Shown here in pieces: positions 23,110 to 33,405 of a DNA stretch of 64,000 nucleotides. Position 1 is the first letter of the stretch. Every line of letters starts with the position of its first letter. Origin of the DNA: Nitrospirota bacterium (GTDB lineage Bacteria > Nitrospirota > UBA9217); NCBI GenBank assembly GCA_963790205.1, contig CAWBNQ010000003.1, positions 1 through 64,000 on the forward strand, given 5' to 3'. Below the pieces are notes generated by a model. It was not told the origin of the DNA. It worked only from the letters and a program-made list of their open reading frames with translations, and made no database searches. The translations under genes were made by a program, and so were the position numbers.

Positions 23110-24485
23110 CACATCTGTCCAAAATAGATTTTGAATAATTGAAGGGGAAGCCTCACTTCAGGTATAGTAGGTTTGTCGAGGACCTAACTTTACTGAAGGA
23201 GGACATCCCCGTGAACAAGTTTAGCAGTATCTTCGGACAGATTCTACAGATATTTTCGCACCAGGAGTTTTATCGTGCGGTGCGGGAGACACAGGCAGAG
23301 AAAGGCGTAAAAGGATTTGGTTGCTGGGGCCAGTTCGTGGCCATGCTATTCTGTCAGCTGGGACAAGCGCATTCGCTTCGAGAGATCTGCGGCGGATTGG
23401 CTACCTGCTTCGGCAAGCTCAAACATCTCGGGATAGATGCTGCTCCCAAGCGTTCCACCTTGGCGTATGCCAACGCGCATCGGCCATGGCAATTGTATCA
23501 GAAGGTTTTTTATCAGTTGTTGGCAAAGTGCCGAGTCCTGGCGCACGGAAAGAAGCCGTTCCGGTTTAAGAACAAGCTGTTCAGCCTCGATGCGACACTG
23601 ATCGAACTCTGTGTGACCCTGTTTGACTGGGCAAAATACCGGCAGACAAAAGGAGCGGTCAAGCTTCACCTGTTATTGGATCATGAGGGATATCTTCCGG
23701 TTTTCGCTACGATGACTGAAGGGAATGTGCACGAAGTAAACATCGCGCACACGCTGAAGTTCCCCAAGGGTTCCATTTTGGCGATTGACCGCGGATATGT
23801 CGATTATGAACAATTCGCACGCTGGACGGAGACCGGGATATTCTTCGTAACGAAAGAGAAGGATAATGCCGCCTTCCGGATCATCGAAAGACGAGAGGTG
23901 CCCGAGAATCGGAACATCATCAAAGACCAGCTCATTGAGCTGACGGGCTACGAATCGATCAAGAAGTGCCCGCATACGTTGCGACGGGTAGAGGTCTGGG
24001 ACGCAGAAAATGAACGTATTATCGTTCTGTGGACGAACCATCTCACCTTTGGCGCGACGACCATAGCGAGCATTTACAAGGACCGCTGGCAGATTGAGGT
24101 ATTTTTCAAGACGATCAAGCAGAATCTGAAGATCAAAACATTCGTTGGGACGAGTCGGAACGCTTTATTGGTACAGATTTGGACAGCATTAATCGCTATC
24201 CTGGTGTTGAAGTACTTGAAGTTCCGATCCACACTCGGATGGTCGTTGTCGAATCTGGTTGCCATGCTTCGTTATAATCTCTTCACCTATAGGGATTTAT
24301 GGACATGGTTGGATAATCCATTTGAAACGCCGCCTATTGTGCCATTTGCGGAGCAACTGGTAATGAGTTATCGGTAATTGGACAGCAGAATAAGGAACCT
24401 GAATCCGAGATGATGGATTTGTCTGTCTAAAAGCATTGATTGGCGGGGTGTGGATCAGGAAATTAGATTATCTTGGACAGCAATG
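23110..24485 (+). mobile_element. IS4-family insertion sequence
   Basis: Imperfect IRs cacatctgtccaaaata / tatcttggacagcaatg; 9-bp TSD ccttgatcc at 23101-23109 and 24486-24494. Confidence 0.92.
23211..24377 (+). CDS. IS4-family DDE transposase (DUF4372-type N-terminus)
   Basis: SLDAT, IDRGY, YKDRWQIEVFFKTIKQNL (YREK motif); GTG start after GAAGGAGG. Confidence 0.95.
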   Translation: MNKFSSIFGQILQIFSHQEFYRAVRETQAEKGVKGFGCWGQFVAMLFCQLGQAHSLREICGGLATCFGKLKHLGIDAAPKRSTLAYANAHRPWQLYQKVFYQLLAKCRVLAHGKKPFRFKNKLFSLDATLIELCVTLFDWAKYRQTKGAVKLHLLLDHEGYLPVFATMTEGNVHEVNIAHTLKFPKGSILAIDRGYVDYEQFARWTETGIFFVTKEKDNAAFRIIERREVPENRNIIKDQLIELTGYESIKKCPHTLRRVEVWDAENERIIVLWTNHLTFGATTIASIYKDRWQIEVFFKTIKQNLKIKTFVGTSRNALLVQIWTALIAILVLKYLKFRSTLGWSLSNLVAMLRYNLFTYRDLWTWLDNPFETPPIVPFAEQLVMSYR

Positions 24486-24903
24486 CCTTGATCCCAATTG
24501 TTTGATACAGCAAGCTCGTAAAGACAGCTACGAAATAACCAAAGATTTATCTGTTCTTATTAGAGCGGTAGGAGGTCCGTCGGCAGACCTTCGCACAAAC
24601 ATTAGCGTTCTGTGCTCCTTTATGAATGAGGTTTTAAAAGAATGTAACGATGAAATAAAAGTCTTGAGAATCGCAAGCGAAGCTTTTTATTCGATAGCAA
24701 GAGGACGTCAAGAAGATCAACGACAACTTGTAGCGCTGGTACTCTCACTGATAGGGACAAAGAAATGGTTGATGTCTGAACATGCCATAAGCTGGCTTAT
24801 AGGCCATTCGATGGGAATGCCATATTTCAATGAGCTGTTGCAGAGTCAGAAGGAAATCAATCAATCATCTTAGGACAGAGAACCTTTTAGGGTCCGGTCT
24901 TTA

Positions 24904-26504
24904 CGGGCTGTTGCCCAAAGGACTTCCCGCGAACGATCAAGCGCCTTGATGCGTAAAGAGGTCTAAGCTAATGACGGGCAATATCGGTTCTGTCTCAAGG
25001 GAACATGCAAAATGAGCGATCCGAAAGCCTTTGCCACTGTTCTTTGAACAACGAGCAGCCGTACCGCAGCTGCTTTCTTCGGCTTGGAAGCATGCGCTAT
25101 TAGCACTTGCATGTTCTGGATGGCACAGGTCATATATTCCTGGACCCGCATTCGCCAAAGGCCTCGCCAGCGTGCTTGATCGAAGCCGTATCGGGTGCCC
25201 CTGGCAAAGGATCGCTCCATCAGGTGTTGTCTGGTTTTGATGTCGTACCGTGCATTGGCTGATCGACTGATTGCACGCATGCGCTCCAGAACATTCTGCC
25301 GGAGATGACGCTTGATCGTTCGGCCGGACTTGTTTTTCGTGCATTGCTCTCTAAGCTGGCACGCTGCGCAGACTTTCCTGGGCGCTGCGTAATCCCGGCT
25401 TTGTCTGGCTATATGCAGCGACTTCGGCTTGAGCTGAGTTCCTGCCGGGCACATATAGGAGTCGGTGGCAGGATCATAGGAAAATCTATCTTCCATAAAG
25501 ATGTCGGTTTTCGCTATGCGATTGATCGCCACGTCTCGTAAATCCGGGATATGCGCCTTTATGCCCTTGTCATGGCAGGCAAGGAAGTTGTCGATCGTTC
25601 CGTACTTACTGTCCGCAACAACCGTTTCGGCCTCGACTTCCGTTGTTGCGTGGTGTTGCTCAAGCAGCGAAAGCATCAGATGGGCTTCGTTCACATCGCC
25701 GGGCGCTACGTCGGTTGCAGTGATGATTTCTTTTTTACCGTCAACGGCCCGATGCACTTGGTAGGAAAGTTTGGATTTCCCCCGGTTCACCAGGGCCGCG
25801 TCCGGGTCGGTGGTGGAGATATAGCGGTTGTTCTTTTTTTCGTAGGTCCTGGAAGGATCAGTGCTTTCGGTGCGTTCTTCCAAGCGGGCTTCCAGCTTTT
25901 TATAATTTTTGTGCAACTGATGTTTCAGGTTCCGGGTATCGAGAACCGAACTGTTGGAGGCATTTGCATCCACCAGACTGGAGTCGACGAAGATCTTGCG
26001 GCCGTCAATAAGACCGGCTTCCGCGCACTGCAGAACAATACGTTCGAAGAACCTTTGAAAAACATCGAGGCCCCATTTTTTGCGGGCCTTGGATAGCACG
26101 CTATGGTTGGGAATTTCAGAATCAAGGTCATACCCGAGAAACCAGAGCCAATCCATACGCTCTGGCAGGGTGTCCATCAGCTCCCGCTCCGAGCGGACAT
26201 TATAAAAGATCAGGAGTAGCATCAGTTTCAGGATAATTGGTGGTGGCACTGAAACGTTGCCGTTGTTGCCGTACAAGTCCTTGACTTCGTCATAGGCGAA
26301 GTTGAAATCGATCAGCGTATTGACTTTTCTCAAAGGATGGTTCTCACGAACCCGTTTTTCTATATTGATGCCGATATAGAACAAGCTGCTTTGAGGCGGT
26401 TGCTGCAATCCCATCATGGCTATTGGCTCCTGATGTCGTGATTGACGTCGCAGCAATATAGCATTACTGAGTGGCTTTCTCAATATCATTTGGGCAACAG
26501 CCCG
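24904..26504 (-). mobile_element. IS1182-family insertion sequence
   Basis: Perfect 16-bp IRs cgggctgttgcccaaa / tttgggcaacagcccg; 4-bp TSD ttta. Confidence 0.92.
24963..26417 (-). CDS. IS1182-family transposase
   Basis: HPLRKV..IDF, SERELM, VDSSLVDANAS, STTDPDA, ADSKYG, CPAG..CxxCxxxxxC. Confidence 0.93.
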   Translation of the reverse strand: MMGLQQPPQSSLFYIGINIEKRVRENHPLRKVNTLIDFNFAYDEVKDLYGNNGNVSVPPPIILKLMLLLIFYNVRSERELMDTLPERMDWLWFLGYDLDSEIPNHSVLSKARKKWGLDVFQRFFERIVLQCAEAGLIDGRKIFVDSSLVDANASNSSVLDTRNLKHQLHKNYKKLEARLEERTESTDPSRTYEKKNNRYISTTDPDAALVNRGKSKLSYQVHRAVDGKKEIITATDVAPGDVNEAHLMLSLLEQHHATTEVEAETVVADSKYGTIDNFLACHDKGIKAHIPDLRDVAINRIAKTDIFMEDRFSYDPATDSYMCPAGTQLKPKSLHIARQSRDYAAPRKVCAACQLREQCTKNKSGRTIKRHLRQNVLERMRAISRSANARYDIKTRQHLMERSFARGTRYGFDQARWRGLWRMRVQEYMTCAIQNMQVLIAHASKPKKAAAVRLLVVQRTVAKAFGSLILHVPLRQNRYCPSLA

Positions 26505-26668
26505 TTTACTGTTGACATCCCGGCCCGCATAGCGAATTAAGCGTGATGACTGGTCGGCCTGCAGAATCTATAGGTTCACGTCTTGTATTTTGCCATCAGA
26601 ACTTTGGGAGTACCATACAAAGTCCGCCCCGCCGCTTGCCTTTAGCCGCCGCTTTTGTTAGTATCCAT

Positions 26669-27209
26669 CATGTTTTCCGTGTTGATGCTCTTCCTTATCC
26701 CCGTCGGGGGCGGCATACCGGCCGGGGTATTGCTTGCCCAGTCCAAGGGTCTGGCCTGGCCCGTGACCGCAGGGCTCTATCTGGTTTCCGATATGATGCT
26801 GGCCCTCGCATTCGAGCCGGTCCTTCAACTTCTCGCATGGTTAGGCGGAAAAGTCCCGTTTCTCGCCCGTATCAGCGCAAGGATGAAGGCTGCACTGGCC
26901 AACAGCGCGTCCCATGTAAGCGGCACAGGCGCGGGCCCCATGACGCTCGTTCTGATCTCCTTTGGCGCGGACCCGATGACCGGGCGGGCCTCGGCGATGG
27001 CCGTGGGCCATGGGTTCCTGATGGGCTGGGTCTTCGCGATCTCGGGCGATATGCTGTATTACGCCGTCATTGCAGTCACGACCCTGCGCCTGAACAGGTA
27101 TTTTCGCGATCCGAATACGACGATGTGGATAGTTCTTGGCGCGATGATTGCCGTCCCCCTGATCGTCCGCTTGTTCCGGGCGCCCCACAGGGAGACGGTG
27201 GGAAATTGA
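26669..27209 (+). CDS. hypothetical integral membrane protein
   Basis: Multi-TM ORF (LFLIPVGGGIPAGVLL...DPMTGR...GDMLYY); start uncertain (26655 or 26669). Confidence 0.65.
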
Positions 27210-27311
27210 TGCATTGAGAGATCACCAGGGTCGCGTCCTGTATTTTGACAACTGCAGCATTTGTAATTCATGGGTGAACTGAACAAATGGAATACAGAAG
27301 GAAAGCCCGCA

Positions 27312-28181
27312 ATGTCGGTCACGACCAAACTCACCCTTACTGATAATCTGCCGCTTACCTGTTCACGTTCAGGCACCCGCTGTCATGGCAAAACGGTCAG
27401 GCTGAACCGTGGGAACTGGCGTGTCTGGCTGAAGCAAAAGGACTGACCCCGAGGGCGTTTCGTGATCGATACTGTGATTTTGGCGGGATCCAATTGCGTT
27501 TCGATGGCGCACCCGGCTGGAGACAGCTGCCGGCGTGCAGCCAGTATGTGCCTGATGTTGGATGCAGCGTGCATGGGGGTCGCCCCTTGGCCTGCCGGTT
27601 ATATCCTCTTGGCCGCCAAAGGCAGGGCGAGGAACTGCACTACCTGTACCAAGGGAGTGATTTCCCCTGTCAGGGAAGGGTGTCCGGAAGTTTTAGATCT
27701 ACCTCAAATGAGTGTCGCCGCCTACATTGAAGCACAGGCCGCGAAGCGCTTCGAAGTTGCTCAGGACGAGTATCTCGAACTGATGCAAAAATTAGCTGAT
27801 AGCGCTTTCGCTTTTCTGCTGGAAAGTGGTTTGGCCGAATCGGGTGACCGTCAGACATTGCGTCTCTGGCGAGAGATGGGGAGAGAAAAGCCCCAACAAT
27901 TGCAGGGCCGGCTTGGTCCCGAGTGGATCGACCTGCTGATGCTCCCTGACTTAACGGATGGCTTACATGATCCCGTAGCTTTTTCTCGCCGGCATCACGA
28001 TCTCCTCCTCTTGAAAGCCCAAGAATCATTCGGCACGCTGGACAATGTCACCGATTTTTGCAAAGCATCGGAATTATTGATGGGACTGGCGCTGCACCTT
28101 GGCCGTGGTCTGGGCGCAAATCCTGCCGAACTGGCCGAACACTGGATCAAGACTGCAAAAGAACATGGGGCGCTCGACTAG
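27312..28181 (+). pseudogene. YkgJ/CxxCxxCC cysteine-cluster protein with two frameshifts
   Basis: Three collinear fragments in shifted frames: LTCSRSGTRCHGK; GCSVHGGRPLACRLYP; EGCPEVLDL...; shifts near 27408 and 27673. Confidence 0.75.
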
Positions 28182-28208
28182 CGGCAGCCACGTGAAGAGG
28201 GGTATCGA

Positions 28209-28685
28209 TTGCTGAATGTTTTCGTAGATGCTGACGCATGCCCGGTGAAGCAAGAGGTCTACCGGGTTGCAGCCAGGTATCATCTAGGCGTCACCTTGGT
28301 GGCCAACTCCTGGATGCGCGTGCCCGCGGATGAGGGAATCGTACTTCACGTTGTCGGCAATGGGCCAGATGAGGCCGACAACTGGATTGTCGCCAATGTC
28401 ACTCCCCACGACATCGTGGTCACGGGTGATATTCTTCTCGCGAGCCGATGCATCAAGGCAGGTGCGCATGCACTCGGCCCGACAGGGAAGGCCTTCACCG
28501 AGGAAAACATCGGAGATGCCGTCGCAACCCGTAACCTGCTTGCAGAACTGCGCGGGAACGGCGAGATCACCGGGGGGCCGGCGCCCTTCTCCAAACGCAA
28601 CAGGTCGAGCTTTTTGCAGAAACTGGACCAGGTGATTCAGATGGTCCGGCGCGAACATCCGAGCAAAGCCGGCAGGACCTCATAG
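28209..28685 (+). CDS. YaiI/YqxD (DUF188) family protein
   Basis: VFVDADACPVK, DEADNWI, DIVVTGDILLA. Confidence 0.92.
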   Translation: MLNVFVDADACPVKQEVYRVAARYHLGVTLVANSWMRVPADEGIVLHVVGNGPDEADNWIVANVTPHDIVVTGDILLASRCIKAGAHALGPTGKAFTEENIGDAVATRNLLAELRGNGEITGGPAPFSKRNRSSFLQKLDQVIQMVRREHPSKAGRTS

Positions 28686-28753
28686 GTCAGGTCCTGAGCA
28701 ACTTCTTAGAGTGTTTTTCGCTCTCGCGTAGAGCGGTGTAATGCGCTGTGAGC

Positions 28754-28799
28754 TTGAACGATCACGGCCGGGGTGAAATACTCTCCGGCCATTTTGTTT
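28754..28799 (+). repeat. dispersed ~70-bp element, partial copy 1
   Basis: ttgaacgatcacggccggggtgaaatactctccggccattttgttt matches the 3' half of the copies at 37227 and 38744. Confidence 0.75.
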
Positions 28800-28916
28800 A
28801 TTCTGGAACGCCCTTTCCCGTTTTTTAGTTGCGCAGAATTCAGATTTCTGATATTCTGAATTCAGAAAAATGGCCCCAGCCGTGCAATTGCCCGGCGCGG
28901 GCGAAAGGAGCAGCGT

Positions 28917-29204
28917 ATGCAGGCAGCCAAGCCGTATACAGCAGAGATCAAGGCCCGGGGACAGCTGACCATCCCCAAGAAAATACGTAAGTTGGGACAT
29001 CTCGAGGAGGGCCAGACCGTATCCCTGGTTCCCCTGGGAGACGTGGTCATCATCATGCCGCGAAGGCTCGAACTGGACGAAGCGAGAAGACGCATTGCAA
29101 AAATAGTGAAGGAGAGCGGGGTCTCGGCAGAGGATATGCTGGAAGGGCTGGTCCGGGAGCGGGAGGTCCTGTACAAGGAACGGTATGGCAAAAAAGCCCG
29201 TTAG
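28917..29204 (+). CDS. AbrB/MazE/SpoVT-family antitoxin
   Basis: ARGQLTIPKKIR..L..G motif; overlaps the PIN gene. Confidence 0.9.
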   Translation: MQAAKPYTAEIKARGQLTIPKKIRKLGHLEEGQTVSLVPLGDVVIIMPRRLELDEARRRIAKIVKESGVSAEDMLEGLVREREVLYKERYGKKAR

Positions 29205-29652
29205 GGTCTTTCTCGACTCCAACGTGATACTCTCCGGCCTGCTGTCCGACACGGGTGCGCCGCGGCTGATCCTGGACGTGCTGAGCATGGAGTTGCCCCA
29301 CCTCGTTGCGGTGACCGGCCGGTACAATATCATCGAGCTGGAGCGGAACATCAGAAAAAAAGCCCCCAAAGCGCTGCCGGTCTATAACGAATATTTCCCC
29401 AAGCTGCGGATCGAGATCGTGCCCATGCCGTCACCCGCTGAGGTGGCAAAACACAGCGGCATCATAGCCGACAAGGACACGCCGGTCCTTGTTTCCGCAA
29501 TCAAGGGCAAGGCGGACTTTTTGGTGACCGGGGACAAGAAGCACTTTGATAAGGTGAAGAAGTCCGGCGCATTCCCCTTTACCATAGCAAGCCCATCCGA
29601 GTTTCTAGAACTGTTCGCTGCGCTTTTGAAAGAAGAACGAGGGGTGAAGTGA
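29185..29652 (+). CDS. PIN-domain toxin (VapC-like)
   Basis: VFLDSNVILS, DKDTPVL, FLVTGDKKHF. Confidence 0.92.
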   Translation: MAKKPVRVFLDSNVILSGLLSDTGAPRLILDVLSMELPHLVAVTGRYNIIELERNIRKKAPKALPVYNEYFPKLRIEIVPMPSPAEVAKHSGIIADKDTPVLVSAIKGKADFLVTGDKKHFDKVKKSGAFPFTIASPSEFLELFAALLKEERGVK

Positions 29653-29657
29653 AAAAA

Positions 29658-30017
29658 ATGAGCAAGGACAAGAAGTACAAGGTCACGGTGAACAAGAAGT
29701 CCTATGATGTCATTCTTCATCCCGACACTGAGGGCGGCGGATTCTGGGTGGAATGTCCCTCACTCACCGGCTGCTCCTCGCAGGGCGATACAGTGGAAGA
29801 GGCGCTTGAGATGATCAAAGATGCCATTAAAGGGCATCTTGCCGTACAGGCCGAGAGAAAGAAAAAGAAGGCGGCAGTGTCCCCTACGGAGCAGGAACAG
29901 CACTTAATGAGGGATTCGCCCGTCCTGTACGAGGTCTCGGGCGTCCTATCCGGGAAGCAGGATGCCAGGAAACTGCGTGCAGAATATCAGAGGCGTCTCG
30001 CGGAGAAGTTCCGGTGA
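29658..30017 (+). CDS. HicB-family antitoxin with C-terminal extension
   Basis: GGFWVECPSLTGCSSQGDTVEEALEMIKDAI. Confidence 0.85.
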   Translation: MSKDKKYKVTVNKKSYDVILHPDTEGGGFWVECPSLTGCSSQGDTVEEALEMIKDAIKGHLAVQAERKKKKAAVSPTEQEQHLMRDSPVLYEVSGVLSGKQDARKLRAEYQRRLAEKFR

Positions 30018-30093
30018 AGAGCGACATGTGGGGCGACAGTAGAAGAGGGGAGCCTTTGGGGAGGTTGGTTCTTAGAGTGCTTTCTGCAGCGAA

Positions 30094-30477
30094 TTAAACG
30101 TGATGACCGGCCGCCCGGTGGGCGGCTTTTTTTATAGCCATTTCGAGCTTACTGACAAACACGTCCGGCTTAAAGTAACCTATCTTCCTGAATATTTCAT
30201 TGCCTTCGGCGTCAAACACGAGTATCGCGGGTTTTGCGTGCACGTCGAATCTCATGAACTGCTCCGAATCCGCGCCGGATTCATACTTGATCGCGATGAA
30301 ATGCTCGTGCACACATTCCTGGACGCATCCCGCAGTCAACGTGGATGTTTTCAATCTCGTGCACGACTCGCAGCAGGGATCGAAAAACGACGCAAGCACG
30401 AGCTTGTTCGTCTTTTTTGCCAGCGCCAGGGCGTTTCTGAAGCTTGTCTCCCAGACAATATCGTTATCGTTCGCCAT
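30094..30477 (-). CDS. thioredoxin-fold protein
   Basis: W..ALALAKKTNKLVL..F..PCCESC..; cis-Pro region AKPAILVFD. Confidence 0.8.
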   Translation of the reverse strand: MANDNDIVWETSFRNALALAKKTNKLVLASFFDPCCESCTRLKTSTLTAGCVQECVHEHFIAIKYESGADSEQFMRFDVHAKPAILVFDAEGNEIFRKIGYFKPDVFVSKLEMAIKKAAHRAAGHHV

Positions 30478-30623
30478 GATGACTGTGGACCTCTCCCGCA
30501 CGGACTGTCTTCTTTAAGTATATCATGGCCGGAAAGAAAGCTTTCAACCGAGAAGCGCTCTCTCGCGGAGACGCGGAGTATGCGGAGAAGGCAAAACCCT
30601 TTTTGTCCGCAGATGACGCAGAC

Positions 30624-30750
30624 AGGGTAAGACTAAGACTCATCGTTGTACCATCTTGCTGAGAATAGCGAGACGAGAATCAAGGGTGTAGCTCCGTTGT
30701 CGTACCATCTCGCTTAGAATCGGGGATGGGAGTCATGAGACGGGACTCAT
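30624..30750 (+). repeat. degenerate ~59-bp tandem repeat, locus 1
   Basis: Two units with gtaccatct(t/c)gct..gaat..gagacg.ga.tca; homologous to 54696-54869. Confidence 0.7.
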
Positions 30751-30825
30751 TGAGGTATGATTCCTTTAATGTTTGACTACGACATGGCGTATTACATATT
30801 CTTAGTGGCATGTCACCAATGAAAT

Positions 30826-30857
30826 AAAAAAAGGCCCGGGAATATCCCGGGCCTTTT
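30826..30857. terminator. bidirectional intrinsic terminator
   Basis: aaaaaggcccggga-ata-tcccgggccttttt. Confidence 0.85.
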
Positions 30858-30909
30858 TACGTGAGCACCATCAGATGACGTTGGAGGCAGGAGGAGAGCC
30901 TGCGGGGAT

Positions 30910-31749
30910 CTATGACCGGGCGTCTTCCCTGACACTTGTCCCTTCCTTCACGAACGCAGCAGCGGCCGTGCGGTTCTCCACTCCCAATTTCTGATAGACC
31001 CTCTCCAGATGGACCTTCACGGTCCCGGGCGATATCTTCAGGATCCGGGCCGTTTCCGCGTTGGTCTTGCCTTGGGCCACCCAGGAGAGGACGTCCTCCT
31101 CCCGCTGCGTGAGCCCGTAGGACCTGAGCGGCCGCGCCTGATCTTCGACCACGGCGACGGCCTTGCGGACCATTGCATGGGCTTCGGCGTTCTTGTGGGC
31201 CTGGATGAGGTGCGGTCCGAGCAGGTCCAGGGTCAGCCGTTCGTCCTCGGAAAAATCGCGCTTGTCGCGGTTGATGGCGAGGTTCCTGTTCAGGGTCCGG
31301 CCGCAATGCAGGAAGAGGAGCATCTGGTACTCGATGCCGAGGTTGCGGTAGAACTCGTTGTACAGGCCGAGCTGGCGGAACTGGGCCTTCGTAAGGACAT
31401 CATGGATCTTCACGGCCTTTCCGAGGTAAGCGTCCCTGTCCACTGAGGGATCGACGGGCCGGCCGGAGGCATAGCCGGGGTAGATGATGTGCATCAGGGG
31501 GTGGTCGGCAAGATTGGCTTCGAATGCCGCGACCTGGTCAGGGGAAAGGTAGGGGACAGGGCGGATGATGTTCTTCGAGAGCTCGATCTTTTCGAGATTC
31601 ACTTCGGCATAACCCACGGACAGGGCCGGGACCAGCCGGGCGATGGCCGCGACCATGTTCTCGTGAAAGGTGTCGACATTCAGGTCGGAGTAGATCTCGA
31701 GGATGCAGTTCTGCAGGTTCTTCAGGTTGCGCGCGCTCAGACGTCCCAT
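30910..31749 (-). CDS. LuxR-family transcriptional regulator with GAF-like N-domain
   Basis: LTQREEDVLSWVAQGKTNAETARILKISPGTVKVHLERVYQKLGV. Confidence 0.92.
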   Translation of the reverse strand: MGRLSARNLKNLQNCILEIYSDLNVDTFHENMVAAIARLVPALSVGYAEVNLEKIELSKNIIRPVPYLSPDQVAAFEANLADHPLMHIIYPGYASGRPVDPSVDRDAYLGKAVKIHDVLTKAQFRQLGLYNEFYRNLGIEYQMLLFLHCGRTLNRNLAINRDKRDFSEDERLTLDLLGPHLIQAHKNAEAHAMVRKAVAVVEDQARPLRSYGLTQREEDVLSWVAQGKTNAETARILKISPGTVKVHLERVYQKLGVENRTAAAAFVKEGTSVREDARS

Positions 31750-31892
31750 CAGTGAATTGCCTTTCTCCCCTCATGCCGACTATGCCGAACGGCATATACC
31801 TTTATTATTGTTTCGGGATTATTATCCCACATTCAAATTGAACTTGCAACTTTTTGTAGTTGTCCGGGGATCACCAAGGGAGGAGAAAGCTA

Positions 31893-33368
31893 ATGAATAA
31901 GACATTCAAAGGAGCGGTCGTTCTTGGCCTGTCCATCGCGCTGTTCTGTGCTGGCTGCAGCAAAGGAGGGGGCCCCGCTATAGCCACAGCAGGAAAGATC
32001 ACGGTGAGCGATACCGCAAACCCGCAGAACGACTCTGTGGTGTCCTTCGGGACCATCGCAGCAGGGTATTCCAGCATGGAAGCGGTGGTCGTGACCAACA
32101 ACGGCAACGGGGCCCTCGCCATCGGCCGGATAGCCGCGAACGATGCTCTTGCCGCACCCTTCAGCATAGCCCTGGACACCTGCTCGGGCGCGATCCTCGC
32201 GCCGGGTTCGAAGTGCGATCTCATGCTCCGCTTCGCCCCTACCTCCTCGGGCCTGCTCACCGACACGTTCGACATACCGTCGAACGACCCCGATCATCCG
32301 GAAACGGCGGTGGGCGTCATGGGAACGGGAACCTATGCCGTGCCCGTGCCCCACATGGTGCTCACGGACTCTGTTGCTCCGGCTGACGACCACATCCTGC
32401 CCTTCGGGACCGTGAACCTCAGCACGGCAGCAACCCGCACAATCACGATCGGCAACGACGGCACGGTGAACCTCGTCATCGGCCAGATCGGCCAGGCCGA
32501 GGCGCTGATCGGCCCCTTCGCCATAACGGACACCTGCTCGGGAAAGAGCATTGCGCCGTCGCAGACCTGCGTCTTCACCGTGGAGTTCCATCCGGACATC
32601 ACGGGCGATTTCTTCGGCGGGTTCGACATCCCTTCGAACGATCCCAACGGCAGCGTCGGTATCGGCGTTGCCGGAACGGGCGTAGATCTCCTCACCCCGG
32701 CGCGGCTGCAGTTCGGCAACGTGGCAACGAACCAGACCTCCGACCTCGCGGTCACGGTCACCAATAACGGGGCCACGGACCTCGTCATCGGCCAGATCGC
32801 GAATCTCGATCCTCTTGCCGCGCCCTTCAGCATCGTGAGCGACGGGTGCTCGGCCCAGACGCTTGCCCCGGCCGCCTCGTGCCAGGTGACCGTGCGCTTC
32901 GCGCCGACCGGCGACGGGTTCTATTCCGATACCTTCGATGTGCCGACGAGCGGCGACGTGACCGGCGACTTCTCTGTTGACCTGAGCGGCCTTTCCGGGT
33001 CCGGGACCGTTTCGGGTACGATCACGCTTCCTTCCGCGGTATCAGGGACCTGCTATGCCGTGGTGCTTACGCAGTCGTTCTCCCCGGCCAGTCCATTGCA
33101 GAACTCCGTTGCCGCCGCATCCGGTGCGACCGCCGGCACCCTGACGATCACCTACTCCTTCTCCAATGTCCCGCCCGGGCAGTACTACCTCTTTGCGGGA
33201 GTGGACAACGACGGAAACAACGCAAGCGCGCCTGCATGCTCCTTTACCACCGTGAACCTGACGCCTGGAGATTTTTACGGCTTCTACGGCGGCGGGTTCC
33301 CGGCCGCCCCGAACGTGACCGTGAACATTGGAGCCAACACATTCGATTTCACTCTGACGACATACTAA
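31893..33368 (+). CDS. surface lipoprotein with three ASH/choice-of-anchor-D Ig-like repeats
   Basis: Lipobox CAGC; repeats of FG.V....vTNNG..L.IG....PFSI..D.CS...LAP...C...F.P.....D.FDIPSNDP. Confidence 0.85.
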   Translation: MNKTFKGAVVLGLSIALFCAGCSKGGGPAIATAGKITVSDTANPQNDSVVSFGTIAAGYSSMEAVVVTNNGNGALAIGRIAANDALAAPFSIALDTCSGAILAPGSKCDLMLRFAPTSSGLLTDTFDIPSNDPDHPETAVGVMGTGTYAVPVPHMVLTDSVAPADDHILPFGTVNLSTAATRTITIGNDGTVNLVIGQIGQAEALIGPFAITDTCSGKSIAPSQTCVFTVEFHPDITGDFFGGFDIPSNDPNGSVGIGVAGTGVDLLTPARLQFGNVATNQTSDLAVTVTNNGATDLVIGQIANLDPLAAPFSIVSDGCSAQTLAPAASCQVTVRFAPTGDGFYSDTFDVPTSGDVTGDFSVDLSGLSGSGTVSGTITLPSAVSGTCYAVVLTQSFSPASPLQNSVAAASGATAGTLTITYSFSNVPPGQYYLFAGVDNDGNNASAPACSFTTVNLTPGDFYGFYGGGFPAAPNVTVNIGANTFDFTLTTY

Positions 33369-33405
33369 TACGGGACCGAATCGGCCCGTCAGAAAAGGAG
33401 AAATT

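Larger units (their letters stand above)
19619..24873 (+). pseudogene. REase-like + TPR + GreA/B-C + PIN defence/conflict protein, interrupted by IS4 at 23110
   Basis: N-terminal FED..GVDV..VQCK nuclease motif; helical repeats; SDLAIALLGRKPGD (GreA/B C-terminal-like); CVLDAITL and LLSEDMGFR (PIN-like). Removing the IS and one TSD rejoins ...YISLDP|NCLIQQ... in frame (1289 aa). Confidence 0.8.

Noticed and set aside
23101..23111. 11-bp target duplication for IS4
   Set aside because: The IRs align only if the IS starts at 23110, giving a 9-bp TSD; the extra 'ca' match is coincidental.
24436..24873. Independent 145-aa gene
   Set aside because: It is the severed C-terminus of the 19619 gene, read from inside the IS end.
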